A DNA stretch of 64,000 bases, from positions 67,097 through 131,096 of the forward strand of contig CAYPKD010000006.1 of assembly GCA_964411255.1 (NCBI GenBank). The letters run 5' to 3'. The stretch's first letter is position 1. Each line of letters starts with the position of its first letter. Both the position numbers and the translations under genes were made by a program. The DNA comes from an uncultured Gammaproteobacteria bacterium (GTDB lineage Bacteria; Patescibacteriota; Patescibacteriia; UBA11705; DATKZF01). Under the pieces are notes generated by a model. It did no database searches and was not told the DNA's origin. It saw only the letters and a program-made list of their open reading frames with translations. This document shows positions 25,466-37,248 of this stretch, one piece after another.

Positions 25466-26314
25466 ATGCGAGAACAACGAAACAAAGCAAGTAATGTTAT
25501 TATTTATGTTGGACTAATCGGAATAATAGTCGAGTTGATTATGCTTCTGGTTGTGATTCGTACACATTACTCTTCAACAGATTTTTCAATAGAAAATCAA
25601 AATTTCTTTACAAGGATTTTTTCAACAGAAAACCCAGAAATAAAACGAGAAAAACAGGCTGGCGAATCAACATACAATGGCAGAGACGATGACGGTGACG
25701 GCTTCGTTGACGAAGACTATGTCTGTGATCCTTCAAAAGACGTCAAAATGCTTTGCTTTGCCGGCGATGATGAAAAAATTGGAACCATGAGCTGCAATGA
25801 CAACGGTGTTGGTTTTACCAAATGTGAAACCAACTGCACTATTGGTGATGCTATGAACATACGCATGATGCATAGTTATCCCATGGGATCTCCTCTGTAC
25901 GTAGAATATGATCATACATACCGCTGCGTCAGGGCAGGCAGACTGGGTGAAGGCAAAACCCAATGGAAAACTGCTCAGCTGAAACAAGTTCCTTTGGAAG
26001 AAACGTATAGTCCTGCCGCCCTTATGAGGATGGGATTGTCCAAATCAGATTACAGGAAGCATTATGACAATCCACAAGAAGGACGAGTGGCACTTGCTGA
26101 AAATCAGTATCTAGGAGAATGCACTATTAGCGAGACCCGCAACTGCGGCACAAATCTCGGCCAATGCGTCAAAGGCACACAAATTTGCCAAGACAATGGC
26201 CGAGGCCAAGGCATCTGGTCAAAATGCGGTGGTGAATTTGTAGGAAGAAGCATCGAGATCTGCCTTGACGGTCTGGACAACGATTGCAACGGCCAAATCG
26301 ATGAAGGCTGTTAG
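25466..26314 (+). CDS. Membrane-anchored Cys-rich protein with MopE-type motifs
   Basis: N-terminal TM; NGRDDDGDGFVDE; CGTNLGQCVKGTQIC; EICLDGLDNDCNGQIDEGC. Confidence 0.8.
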   Translation: MREQRNKASNVIIYVGLIGIIVELIMLLVVIRTHYSSTDFSIENQNFFTRIFSTENPEIKREKQAGESTYNGRDDDGDGFVDEDYVCDPSKDVKMLCFAGDDEKIGTMSCNDNGVGFTKCETNCTIGDAMNIRMMHSYPMGSPLYVEYDHTYRCVRAGRLGEGKTQWKTAQLKQVPLEETYSPAALMRMGLSKSDYRKHYDNPQEGRVALAENQYLGECTISETRNCGTNLGQCVKGTQICQDNGRGQGIWSKCGGEFVGRSIEICLDGLDNDCNGQIDEGC

Positions 26315-26322
26315 CAGTTGAC

Positions 26323-26351
26323 AACCTGCCAAACAATTTGGTGGGTTTTTT
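26323..26351 (+). terminator. Intrinsic terminator (CCTGC family)
   Basis: aacctgccaaa-caa-tttggtgggtttttt. Confidence 0.75.
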
Positions 26352-26361
26352 GATAAAAAAA

Positions 26362-26426
26362 TAACAAACTAAAGTTTGTCAATCCTTATTTAAAAATTAG
26401 AACCAGGTCTGACAAACTTTAGTTTG

Positions 26427-26429
<3 letters not shown>
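26362..26429. repeat. 20-bp perfect inverted repeat (REP-like) at the accessory block / ligA junction
   Basis: taacaaactaaagtttgtca ... tgacaaactttagtttgtta. Confidence 0.75.
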
Positions 26430-28505
<2,076 letters not shown>

Positions 28506-29006
28506 TTAATACTGATCCACAACCTCCTGTAACTCTATTTTACCATTTCTCTGTGTAAACCTAAACTCAATTGCCCTGCCAGTTTTTATATCTGAAATTA
28601 AAACTGTTGGATGAATGTCATCAAAACACCACCCGTTTGAATCACAAAATTCAATATTTTCCTGATAGGGGATATAGTATACAATCCGTTTCTGATTCAG
28701 TCTCACCTTCTCATTCAATATATATTGATCAATTGCATTATCATCAAAAATTTTATTTTCATTTTTATCAGCAAATAAAATTGCTTTATCAAAATCAAAA
28801 AAGACTCCATAAGATACTGGCTTTGGTCTGGCCTTTTCAGATTCTAAAGCCTTTTCCCCTGCCTGATTTATTAATTTTAAAATCTCTTTTGCTTCAGCCT
28901 CAACCAATTCAAATTCATTTTTTCTTTTTTCATTAAAAAAAATCAGAACTCCTATCAAAATTAAGATTGTTATAATTAAGAATATTTGAAATTTATTTTT
29001 CTTCAT
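28506..29006 (-). CDS. Single-TM hypothetical protein
   Basis: N-terminal TM; overlaps the upstream gene's stop. Confidence 0.65.
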   Translation of the reverse strand: MKKNKFQIFLIITILILIGVLIFFNEKRKNEFELVEAEAKEILKLINQAGEKALESEKARPKPVSYGVFFDFDKAILFADKNENKIFDDNAIDQYILNEKVRLNQKRIVYYIPYQENIEFCDSNGWCFDDIHPTVLISDIKTGRAIEFRFTQRNGKIELQEVVDQY

Positions 29007-29421
29007 GTAATATTTTTTTCTTTCTTCTATACAAAACTATTGAATAAATTATTCCAAATATTAGATAAATAAAATTTCCAATAACTAAAAGTATTATGTC
29101 TCCTACTCCTTCTCCAGAAAGCTCTTTTATTAATGACCCAAGAATGAACAACAAAAGTGTGAATGCTGTAAACACGGCGATGGATATTAAAGGCAAAAAA
29201 AATAAAAATTTACTAGACCTTTTAGAAAAAAACAGCATTTTCCCAATCATTATTACCACAGCAAATGGAAAAACAAAATAAAAACTCCCTACGAATGCAT
29301 TTATTATTATATCTCGTTCGTTTGGCTGTGATAAATATAATAAAATTGCAACAATCAGTACAATAATCATTCCTTTACCCAATGTCTTCAAAGGATTATA
29401 TTTTATTTGCTTTTCTTCCAT
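28993..29421 (-). CDS. Four-TM membrane protein
   Basis: Four hydrophobic segments. Confidence 0.7.
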   Translation of the reverse strand: MEEKQIKYNPLKTLGKGMIIVLIVAILLYLSQPNERDIIINAFVGSFYFVFPFAVVIMIGKMLFFSKRSSKFLFFLPLISIAVFTAFTLLLFILGSLIKELSGEGVGDIILLVIGNFIYLIFGIIYSIVLYRRKKKILHEEK

Positions 29422-29492
29422 ATAAACTATATTTGAAAAAAGGCAGTAAAATTTCAGTTACTGCCAATATTCAATGTAATATAGCACATTTT

Positions 29493-30491
29493 TTACAAAA
29501 AATCAACCATTTTCACTAAGTGATATGCATATGCATACTCATTATCATACCAGGCTAGAATTTTGACTAGATCTCCATCAACCACTTTGGTAAATGGCAA
29601 ATCAACAATTGCTGAATATTTTGTTCCAACAATATCAGAAGAAACCAATAGTTCACTTGAAACTCCTAAAATCTCTTTATATCTAAATGTTTTTGAAGCA
29701 TCAATAAATGCTTTATTAACCTGCTCAACTGTTGCTTTCTTTTTCAAAACTAATGTAAAATCTGACAATGAACCGCAGGGCACTGGGACTCGAATTGAAA
29801 TACCATCGAATTTATTTTCTAAACTTGGTAAAGTCTTTGTAGTAGCAATTGCAGCACCAGTTGTTGTTGGAAAAATATTTTCAGCAGCTGCTCTGCCCCG
29901 CCTTGGATCTTTTGGACTTGGACCGTCAACTAATCTTTGAGTAGCTGTATAAGCATGAATTGTGGTCATCAAAGCTTTTTTAATGCCAAATTTTGATTCT
30001 ATTACTGCCATTACAGGTGAAACACAGTTTGTAGTGCATGAGGCATTTGATAAAACAACATCTTTTTTTGTAATTTTATCTTCATTAGCGCCGGCAACAA
30101 AAGTATTTAAATCTTCAGACTTTGTGGGTGCAGAAATAATTACTCGCTTTGCTCCAGCCTTAATATGCTTGGTCGCTCCTTCTTTATCTGTAAAAAAACC
30201 CGTACATTCTAAAACTACATCAATGCCCAGTTTTTTCCACGGCAATTTCGCTGGATTCTTTTCAGCAAAGGCTTGAACCTTTGCGTTGCCCACCTGCAAA
30301 TACCCTTTACCAGAGACAACCTGCTTGTCATATCGACCATAAACTGTGTCATATCTTAAAAGATATGCAAGATTTTCAGGATCAACCAAATCATTGATGG
30401 CAACCACTTTTATATTTTTATTTTCTAAGGCAGATTTAAATGCTGCCCGGCCGATCCGGCCAAAGCCATTGATGGCGATTTTTGTTGGCAT
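29493..30491 (-). CDS. gap: Type I glyceraldehyde-3-phosphate dehydrogenase
   Basis: INGFGRIGR, SNASCTTNC, WYDNE. Confidence 0.97.
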   Translation of the reverse strand: MPTKIAINGFGRIGRAAFKSALENKNIKVVAINDLVDPENLAYLLRYDTVYGRYDKQVVSGKGYLQVGNAKVQAFAEKNPAKLPWKKLGIDVVLECTGFFTDKEGATKHIKAGAKRVIISAPTKSEDLNTFVAGANEDKITKKDVVLSNASCTTNCVSPVMAVIESKFGIKKALMTTIHAYTATQRLVDGPSPKDPRRGRAAAENIFPTTTGAAIATTKTLPSLENKFDGISIRVPVPCGSLSDFTLVLKKKATVEQVNKAFIDASKTFRYKEILGVSSELLVSSDIVGTKYSAIVDLPFTKVVDGDLVKILAWYDNEYAYAYHLVKMVDFL

Positions 30492-30598
30492 ATTGAATAG
30501 TTAAATTAGTTAAAAAAGTTATAGAAATGAAAAAAATTATGACGTTACGACGTTATAAAATTCTAAATAAGAAATTAATAAATGAATCTCATAACAAA

Positions 30599-31021
30599 TC
30601 AGGCAGCCGCTTCTCTTTCCTGGCTGACTTTTTTCAATTTCAAAATCATTTTCCGAGCCAAATCTTCAGCTTCATCAATCATTTCTTTTGTAACATTTTT
30701 TACTCCAAACCATTTTTTTTCAGCTTCAGCAATTTGCTTTTCAGTTTCAGAATCATCATCAAAATACATCATATTTGCAATGCGTATCCAATTGAACACT
30801 ACTGAACCCCATGTTCTTCTGTATTTATTAAATCTTTTCTTATCCAAAACTTCCTTACTGGAATAATCTTTTTCAATTGTGCCAACCACTTTTTTAATTC
30901 TCATTTCAGGTTTTTCTTCCCACATGCTCATTGCTTTTTCTAATTCATAAATATAATACTCTGGAGTATCCTCTTCAATTTGCTGTGGAGGAAATTCCAT
31001 TTTTTTCGCAGCTTCTACCAT
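30599..31021 (-). CDS. Hypothetical protein
   Basis: 140-aa ORF co-oriented between rseP and gap. Confidence 0.6.
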   Translation of the reverse strand: MVEAAKKMEFPPQQIEEDTPEYYIYELEKAMSMWEEKPEMRIKKVVGTIEKDYSSKEVLDKKRFNKYRRTWGSVVFNWIRIANMMYFDDDSETEKQIAEAEKKWFGVKNVTKEMIDEAEDLARKMILKLKKVSQEREAAA

Positions 31022-31032
31022 ATTTTTTTAAT

Positions 31033-32145
31033 TTAATTCGTAAATTTATCCCAAACATTTACAAAAACATCTTTGAATTTGAAAATGTCCCTTCCTGTTA
31101 TAATTATAATCAATAGAATCAATAAAGCAAAGCCAATTGTATGAATCAGATTTTCAACTCTCTGCTTAATTGGCTTGCCGCGCAGCTTTTCAATGATTAA
31201 AAACAATACTCTGCCTCCGTCCAAAGCAGGGATTGGCAAAAAGTTAATAATCATTAAATTAATGGATAAAAGAGCTGCAAACTGAATTAAATAGGTTATA
31301 CCCATTCTGGTAAACTGACCAGTCAAAACAGCAATACCCACTGGACCAGCCACATCCAAACCTGCTTTTCCAGTGGTTACCAAATTCTTTACAATAACTG
31401 CCAAACCCTTAACAATCTGGCCGGTCATTAATACACCACTCTTTGCGCCAAGCCAAATAGACTTATACCATGGATAAGAAACAACTGCTGTTTTTACCAC
31501 ACTCACACCAATGCCTGCGCTTTCTAAATCTTCATAATAAATTGGTGTAATAGCAAATTCTTTTTCTTCATCCAATCTTTTTATTTTTAAATTCAATTCT
31601 TCATCTTCTTTATCCTTTAACGAATCTCTTAAAATATCAATTGAATCAATCTTTGTATCATTGACTTGCAGAATTGAATCTCCTGCCTTTAAGCCTATTT
31701 CCATTGCTGGTGAATCTGCCAAAACTTCATAAACCTGTATCTGCGGATTTTTTAATTGGCCATTATCAATATCTGTTTCCACAATTTGAGGTGCACCTAT
31801 CATAAAGCCAATTGAAAGCAGCACGCAGGCCAAAACAAAATTCATAAATACACCCGCTGAGACAATTACAATTCTTTTCCAGATTTTTTGATAGGAAAAA
31901 CTATCCTTATCCTCTCGGTTCTCGCCGTCTTCACCCTTAATCTTCACAAATCCTCCCAGCGGCAGCCAGTTGATTGAATAAGTGATCCCTGTCTTTTTAC
32001 TTTTGATTCCAGTTGCTTTTGGCGGAAAGCCAATACCAAACTCTTCAACTTTTACTTTAAATTTTCGAGCAGTATAATAATGGCCCAATTCATGAACTAA
32101 AACCAATACTGATAAGATTATGATAAAAACGATTAAAGTTAACAT
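31033..32145 (-). CDS. rseP: Intramembrane zinc metalloprotease RseP (M50) with PDZ domain
   Basis: HELGH, LPLGGFVKI, AGPVGI, NFLPIPALDGG. Confidence 0.95.
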   Translation of the reverse strand: MLTLIVFIIILSVLVLVHELGHYYTARKFKVKVEEFGIGFPPKATGIKSKKTGITYSINWLPLGGFVKIKGEDGENREDKDSFSYQKIWKRIVIVSAGVFMNFVLACVLLSIGFMIGAPQIVETDIDNGQLKNPQIQVYEVLADSPAMEIGLKAGDSILQVNDTKIDSIDILRDSLKDKEDEELNLKIKRLDEEKEFAITPIYYEDLESAGIGVSVVKTAVVSYPWYKSIWLGAKSGVLMTGQIVKGLAVIVKNLVTTGKAGLDVAGPVGIAVLTGQFTRMGITYLIQFAALLSINLMIINFLPIPALDGGRVLFLIIEKLRGKPIKQRVENLIHTIGFALLILLIIIITGRDIFKFKDVFVNVWDKFTN

Positions 32146-32364
32146 ATTTTATAAAATTTCTAATTATTAATTTCTAATGAAATCCTAATGACTAATGTTC
32201 CATGTCTAATGATCATAATAAAAGTCTTTCATATCTAAAAATATCTTCTTTTTTATAAAATTTTGAAAAGTATTTACTTATTACAAATGCCACAAAACTG
32301 GCAAGCACATTTAGCTGCATGCCTAAGATTAAAAATAAAATTTTTAGTCGTTTACACATAAGAA

Positions 32365-32475
32365 TTGATACTGATAGTTGATTGCTACATGTTACATGCT
32401 ACAGGATACAGGATCTAGGATTCAGGATCCAGGATATTCGGGGCATTCGGGTTGAAATTCGGGACATTCGGATTA
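32365..32475. repeat. Mixed 7-mer/9-mer tandem tract
   Basis: caggata caggatc taggatt caggatc caggata ttcggggca ttcgggttg ...ttcgggaca ttcgg. Confidence 0.7.
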
Positions 32476-32477
32476 TT

Positions 32478-33566
32478 CTAAATTCTGGCCGACGATCGAA
32501 CGCCCTTATTGGCATTGTGACCGCCCGGAGAGTCCCAACCCAGGCCCATCCGTCCAGTGCCCAGATTCCAAAACGAAAGACAAACGCCGCCCGAGGTCTT
32601 TAAATATCCGCCCAAATTCAAATTTACTTTGCCACTTCCTTCAAAATCATCAATTACCTTATTATTCCTCTGCAAATAATGCATAAAATAAGTTAATTCC
32701 CCCTCCGGCGTCATGCCGCTCTCGCCCTTATATTGCTCTTCTTTTTGCATTTTTTCCAAATACTCATTCGGACTTTCATTCGCTTCCAATTGCTTTCTGT
32801 TGCCAATTGTCTTTCCCTTTCCTTCTGCAGGTAAATCTGGCATATCTTCTATAAACATTATGTCCCAACCGTCTGTCTCTTTTAAAATCTCCTTCTTTGT
32901 TTTCCCTCCATGATTTTCCTGATCATACTTTTCCGGAAAATAAACTAAATCTCCGCTGATGTCCGCGTTTCCTTCCTTATAGTCCCCATTCATATAAACT
33001 GGATTATCATCATCTATTCCTATATAATTTCCGTTTGTCCCTTTCAAATTCCCTTCCTCATACTTTTTTAATATTAATTCCTTTGCTTTCTCAATCATAT
33101 CGCTTAATTTCATCCCAAACGGCACTATTAAAAACTGCGTAAAACCCTGTTCTTTCTTTTTTTCAAGCAATTCTTTTTTTGCTTCAACTTTTTTTAAAAT
33201 ATCATCATAGGATGGAATTGGTCTGAGCTGGTCTTTGATATCAACAAATCCCATTTCTCCACTTGGCAATTCTTTAATCAAGCCGTTCTGTTTTAAAGTT
33301 TCAATCTGATCTTCATATTGTTCTTTTAATTCAAAGATCTTTTCACCTTCTTTTTTTCCTTTTATCTTCAATAACTCGTTTTTATAGTCTGAATAAAATC
33401 CCAATGCCTTTTCCAAATCCCCGGCCTTTTCCGCTGCCACTGCCTTATCCATGATCTCACCGAGAAATTCCTTTTCTTCAACCGTTAGCGGCACACGCTT
33501 AACTTCACTCCGCCGCGGGCGGGCCATTTGGAGTTGGGATTCTAATGATTTTGGTTTTTCTGGCAT
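32478..33566 (-). CDS. Hypothetical protein with C-terminal CLec-like domain; candidate DGR target (paralog A)
   Basis: True start MPEKPKSLESQLQMARP at 33566; C-terminus ..SFWN...GVRSSARI; VR-like 3' end. Confidence 0.75.
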   Translation of the reverse strand: MPEKPKSLESQLQMARPRRSEVKRVPLTVEEKEFLGEIMDKAVAAEKAGDLEKALGFYSDYKNELLKIKGKKEGEKIFELKEQYEDQIETLKQNGLIKELPSGEMGFVDIKDQLRPIPSYDDILKKVEAKKELLEKKKEQGFTQFLIVPFGMKLSDMIEKAKELILKKYEEGNLKGTNGNYIGIDDDNPVYMNGDYKEGNADISGDLVYFPEKYDQENHGGKTKKEILKETDGWDIMFIEDMPDLPAEGKGKTIGNRKQLEANESPNEYLEKMQKEEQYKGESGMTPEGELTYFMHYLQRNNKVIDDFEGSGKVNLNLGGYLKTSGGVCLSFWNLGTGRMGLGWDSPGGHNANKGVRSSARI

Positions 33567-33621
33567 ACTGTAATGAGTAAAGGGTAATTTGTAATTCGTA
33601 ATTAGTAATTGGGCTTCAGGA

Positions 33622-34719
33622 TTAAGCCCTAACAGCTGTTCGAGCTGAGTATTTATTATAATCCACATTGCGACTATGCCGAACGATCGAATCAATATAC
33701 ATTGTCTCATGATCTCTATCCCATCCAGAAAAACATATGGTTCCATTGTTTTTAAAATATCCACCTAAATTCCAATTTACTTTACCGCTTCCCTGATAAT
33801 CGTCAATTACCTTATTGTTTTTCTGTAAATAATACATGAAATAAGTTAATTCAGCTTCAGGTGTCATACCATACTCTCCTTTATACTGCTCTTCATTTTG
33901 TAAATCATACAAATATACATATGGTTTCATACCTGGGCTAATCTGTGTTCTGCCTCCCTTTTCTCTTCCCTTAAATGGTAAATCTGGCATATCCTCTAAA
34001 AACAAGATATCCCAACCGCCTTCTTCTGCTAAAATATCTTGTTTAGTTTTACCACCATGATCATGTGGATCAAACTTTTCTGGATAATAGACCAAATCAC
34101 CAGTTAGATCTGCGCTTTTAAAATCTTTTTCAATACGAATCGGCAATGTTGTATTTAACTCCAGCGAATCTCCATTTGTTCCATTTAATTTCCCGTGTTC
34201 ATACTTTTCTAATATTAACTTTTTAATTCGGTTTTTAATGTCCGCTATTCTCATACCAAATGGAACTAAAAGAAGTTGGGTGAATCCTTGTTCTCGCTTT
34301 CTGTCAAGCAACTCTTTCTTCGCTTTAACTCGCTCTAAAATTTCTTCATACGTTGGAATTGGTCTTGGCGTACCAGTGATATCAATAAATCCTATTTCTC
34401 CGCTTGGTAATTTTTCAATCAGTCCATTCTTTTTTAAAATTTCAATTTGCTCTTTATATTGCTCTTTCAATTCAAAATTCTTTTCAATCTCTTTTTTTCG
34501 TTCTTTTACTTCTTTTATTTTAAGCAACTCATTTTTATAATCTGTATAATAATTTATTGCTTCCAGTAATTTTCCTGCTTTTTCCGCAGCCACAGCCTTA
34601 TCCATAATCTCACCTAAGAATTTCTTTTCTTCTGGGGTTAGCGGAACACGCTTAATCTCAGCCCGTTTTGGGCGGGCCATTTGGAGTTGGGATTCTAATG
34701 ATTTTGGTTTTTCTGGCAT
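33622..34719 (-). CDS. Tandem paralog B of 32478..33566
   Basis: Identical first 17 aa; conserved GFTQ.L.VPFGM, EDMPDLP, GMTPE.ELTYFM, VIDD..GSGKVN. Confidence 0.8.
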   Translation of the reverse strand: MPEKPKSLESQLQMARPKRAEIKRVPLTPEEKKFLGEIMDKAVAAEKAGKLLEAINYYTDYKNELLKIKEVKERKKEIEKNFELKEQYKEQIEILKKNGLIEKLPSGEIGFIDITGTPRPIPTYEEILERVKAKKELLDRKREQGFTQLLLVPFGMRIADIKNRIKKLILEKYEHGKLNGTNGDSLELNTTLPIRIEKDFKSADLTGDLVYYPEKFDPHDHGGKTKQDILAEEGGWDILFLEDMPDLPFKGREKGGRTQISPGMKPYVYLYDLQNEEQYKGEYGMTPEAELTYFMYYLQKNNKVIDDYQGSGKVNWNLGGYFKNNGTICFSGWDRDHETMYIDSIVRHSRNVDYNKYSARTAVRA

Positions 34720-34747
34720 AAAATAGTAAATTTACTGCTGTCTCACT

Positions 34748-34799
34748 TGTCATCTCGAGCCCCTCGACTACGCTCGGGGCAGGCTCCGTCGAGAGATCT
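34748..34799. repeat. REP-like composite hairpin
   Basis: tgtcatctcgagc-ccctcgactacgctcggggcagg-ctccgtcgagagatct. Confidence 0.55.
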
Positions 34800-34861
34800 T
34801 TCATTTAGTTTTGTATAACCCAAAGCAGCGGTTATGATTCGTAATTATTTGTAATAAGATA

Positions 34862-35671
34862 TTACTTAATTTCCAAATCAGTTTTACCTATTTGTAATTT
34901 CTTTCCGAGAAATCTCACAGCCATTTTCTCAAAATTCTCAGTCAAATCTGTGACTAAATATTTTCTTTTTTTATTTTTACCTAATTTTGATTCAATATCT
35001 TCATGCCTTTTTAAATAATCCTTCAAAGACTGTGCCACAATTTTCGCAGGATTTGGCACTTCAACCTGCTTGCCCATCACTTGCCTGATCTGTTTAATTA
35101 ATAATGGATAATGCGTACAGCCTAAAATCAGACTTTGCACTTGTTTTTGTTTTAATGGCCGCAAATAATTTCGCAGGATCTTCATTGTTTCCGGCCGGTT
35201 TATATAATCCTCTTCAATTAAACAAACCAAAAGGGGAGTGGCTTGTGCAAAAATCTGAGCCTTTGAACCTAACTTTTCCAATTCTTTTTTATAAACCTCA
35301 GAACTTATGGTTCCCCTGGTTCCAATAACGCCAATCTTATCATAGGGTTTGTCAGCAAAAAATTCTGCCACTGGCCTGATCACTCCTAAAATCCTTTTAT
35401 CAGAATTTTTTGCTGACAAATATTCTTGCTGCAACCTTCTCAAAGCTAATCCACTGGCAGTATTGCATGCAATAATTATTAATTCACAACCCTGGTCAAA
35501 TAAATAATCGCATGCCTGTTTGGAAAAGTCATAGACTAAATCTTTTGACCTATTTCCATAAGGCACGCGCGCAGTATCTCCTAAATAAATATAATCGTAT
35601 TCTGGAAGTTCACGGATGAATTCTTTTAATACGGTTAAACCTCCTAGACCAGAATCGAAGACGCCAATCAT
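34862..35671 (-). CDS. murI: Glutamate racemase
   Basis: FDSGLGGL, VPYG, IACNTAS, LGCTHYP. Confidence 0.96.
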   Translation of the reverse strand: MIGVFDSGLGGLTVLKEFIRELPEYDYIYLGDTARVPYGNRSKDLVYDFSKQACDYLFDQGCELIIIACNTASGLALRRLQQEYLSAKNSDKRILGVIRPVAEFFADKPYDKIGVIGTRGTISSEVYKKELEKLGSKAQIFAQATPLLVCLIEEDYINRPETMKILRNYLRPLKQKQVQSLILGCTHYPLLIKQIRQVMGKQVEVPNPAKIVAQSLKDYLKRHEDIESKLGKNKKRKYLVTDLTENFEKMAVRFLGKKLQIGKTDLEIK

Positions 35672-35776
35672 AAAAAATTAAAAAGGAAAAAATAAAAAGG
35701 AAAAATTTTGGTGTCCTTTCACTTCGTTCAGGACTCTTTTTTTCATTGTCGTTTTTCACTTTTCATTTTTACTTTT

Positions 35777-37117
35777 TCATTTGATTAAATTAGATATCTC
35801 CTCCGTCTTCTCCCTCATCATCTCCTCAGTCTTTGCCTCTAAATTCAGCCTGATCACCGGGTCAGTATTTGATTTCCTGACATTAAACCACCAATCATCA
35901 AATTCAATCCGAATACCATCAAGCTCAGACACATCTTTTGCTCCTTGTGAATATTTTTCTTTTAATATATTCAAAACTGCATCTTTATTCTCTACTTCAA
36001 AATTTATTTCACCTGAACGGAAATATTTATCAACTTCCCCCACAATTTCTGATAATTTCCTTCCATTTTCTGATAATATTTCAAGCATTAGAAGCATTGA
36101 TAAATCTGCTGATTCTATGTTATAAAAATCTTTATAATAAAAATGACTGGACAACTCTCCAGCAAAAGCAGCTCCCTCATCTGCCATTTCTTTAATAATT
36201 AATGTTCTGCCAACCTTAAACATTATTGGAAAGCCTTTGGCTTTTTCAATCTGCTCTTTTACTGCCCAGCTTGAGCGCAAATCATAAATAACCTTCTCCC
36301 TCGGATGATCTTTTAAAATTTCAACAGCTAAAATTGCAGTAATAATGTCTCCTAACACAACATTGCCCTTTTCATCAACAAATCCAATCCGGTCAGCATC
36401 ACCGTCAAACGCCACTCCTAAATCTGCTCCAGTTTCTAAAACTTTTGCCTGAAGAGCTTTCAAAGTTTCAGTCTTAAGCGGATTTGCTTCATGATTTGGA
36501 TAATTGCCATCCAGTTCTTTATATAAATATTCAACTTCACATGGTAATTTTTCAAACACCTGCTCGATTAATAAGCCTCCGATTGCATTGGCTGTATCAA
36601 CCACCACTTTTAATGGCTTGATCTTCTCTACCTCAACCAATGAAAATATTTTTTCCAAATATTCTTTTTTATAATCTTTTGTTTCTACAGCACCCTTTTT
36701 TGCTTCAGCAAAGTTTCCTTCAACCATTATATCCCTCACTTTTGACAAACCAAATTCCAAACCTACTGGCATGCCTTCCCTATCCAAAAATTTAAATCCA
36801 TTCCATTCCTTTGGATTATGAGAAGCAGTGATCATGATTCCTAATTCTGCATAATCATCGAAAATTACAGAAAAATTAAAAAGCGGCGTTGATGCCAAGC
36901 CAATATCAATAACCTGCACTCCGCTGTCAACCAATCCATTTATTACCGCTTCTTTTATTTCCGGACTTGATAGCCGGTTATCATAACCTACAATTACTTT
37001 TTCCGGCTGATAAAATTGTACTGCTGCTCTGGCTAAATTATAAGCAAAGTCTTTATTTATCTGTTCAGGGTAAATTCCTCTGATGTCATAGGCTTTAAAT
37101 ATTGTTAAGTCAAACAT
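35777..37117 (-). CDS. Phosphomannomutase/phosphoglucomutase
   Basis: FKAYDIRG, ITASHNP, FDGDADR, GELSSH. Confidence 0.93.
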   Translation of the reverse strand: MFDLTIFKAYDIRGIYPEQINKDFAYNLARAAVQFYQPEKVIVGYDNRLSSPEIKEAVINGLVDSGVQVIDIGLASTPLFNFSVIFDDYAELGIMITASHNPKEWNGFKFLDREGMPVGLEFGLSKVRDIMVEGNFAEAKKGAVETKDYKKEYLEKIFSLVEVEKIKPLKVVVDTANAIGGLLIEQVFEKLPCEVEYLYKELDGNYPNHEANPLKTETLKALQAKVLETGADLGVAFDGDADRIGFVDEKGNVVLGDIITAILAVEILKDHPREKVIYDLRSSWAVKEQIEKAKGFPIMFKVGRTLIIKEMADEGAAFAGELSSHFYYKDFYNIESADLSMLLMLEILSENGRKLSEIVGEVDKYFRSGEINFEVENKDAVLNILKEKYSQGAKDVSELDGIRIEFDDWWFNVRKSNTDPVIRLNLEAKTEEMMREKTEEISNLIK

Positions 37118-37248
37118 ATTTTTAAATTAAAATTAGTGCTATCTTCACAACTATATCTAATTTTACAATAAATATTTTTTTTATACAAGAAAAAAAGAGC
37201 TTAATTTCAGCTCTTTCTACCCCCAAACTTCTGAAATCATATGAAAAT

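Noticed and set aside
33670-33700. Possible DGR template repeat (gccgaacgatcgaa, similar to the end of paralog A)
   Set aside because: The match is only ~13 nt, inside paralog B's coding sequence, with no extended A-only mismatch pattern.
32478-33764. Extended 428-aa version of paralog A
   Set aside because: The extension overlaps paralog B and a repeat tract; the shared MPEKPKS N-terminus fixes the start at 33566.
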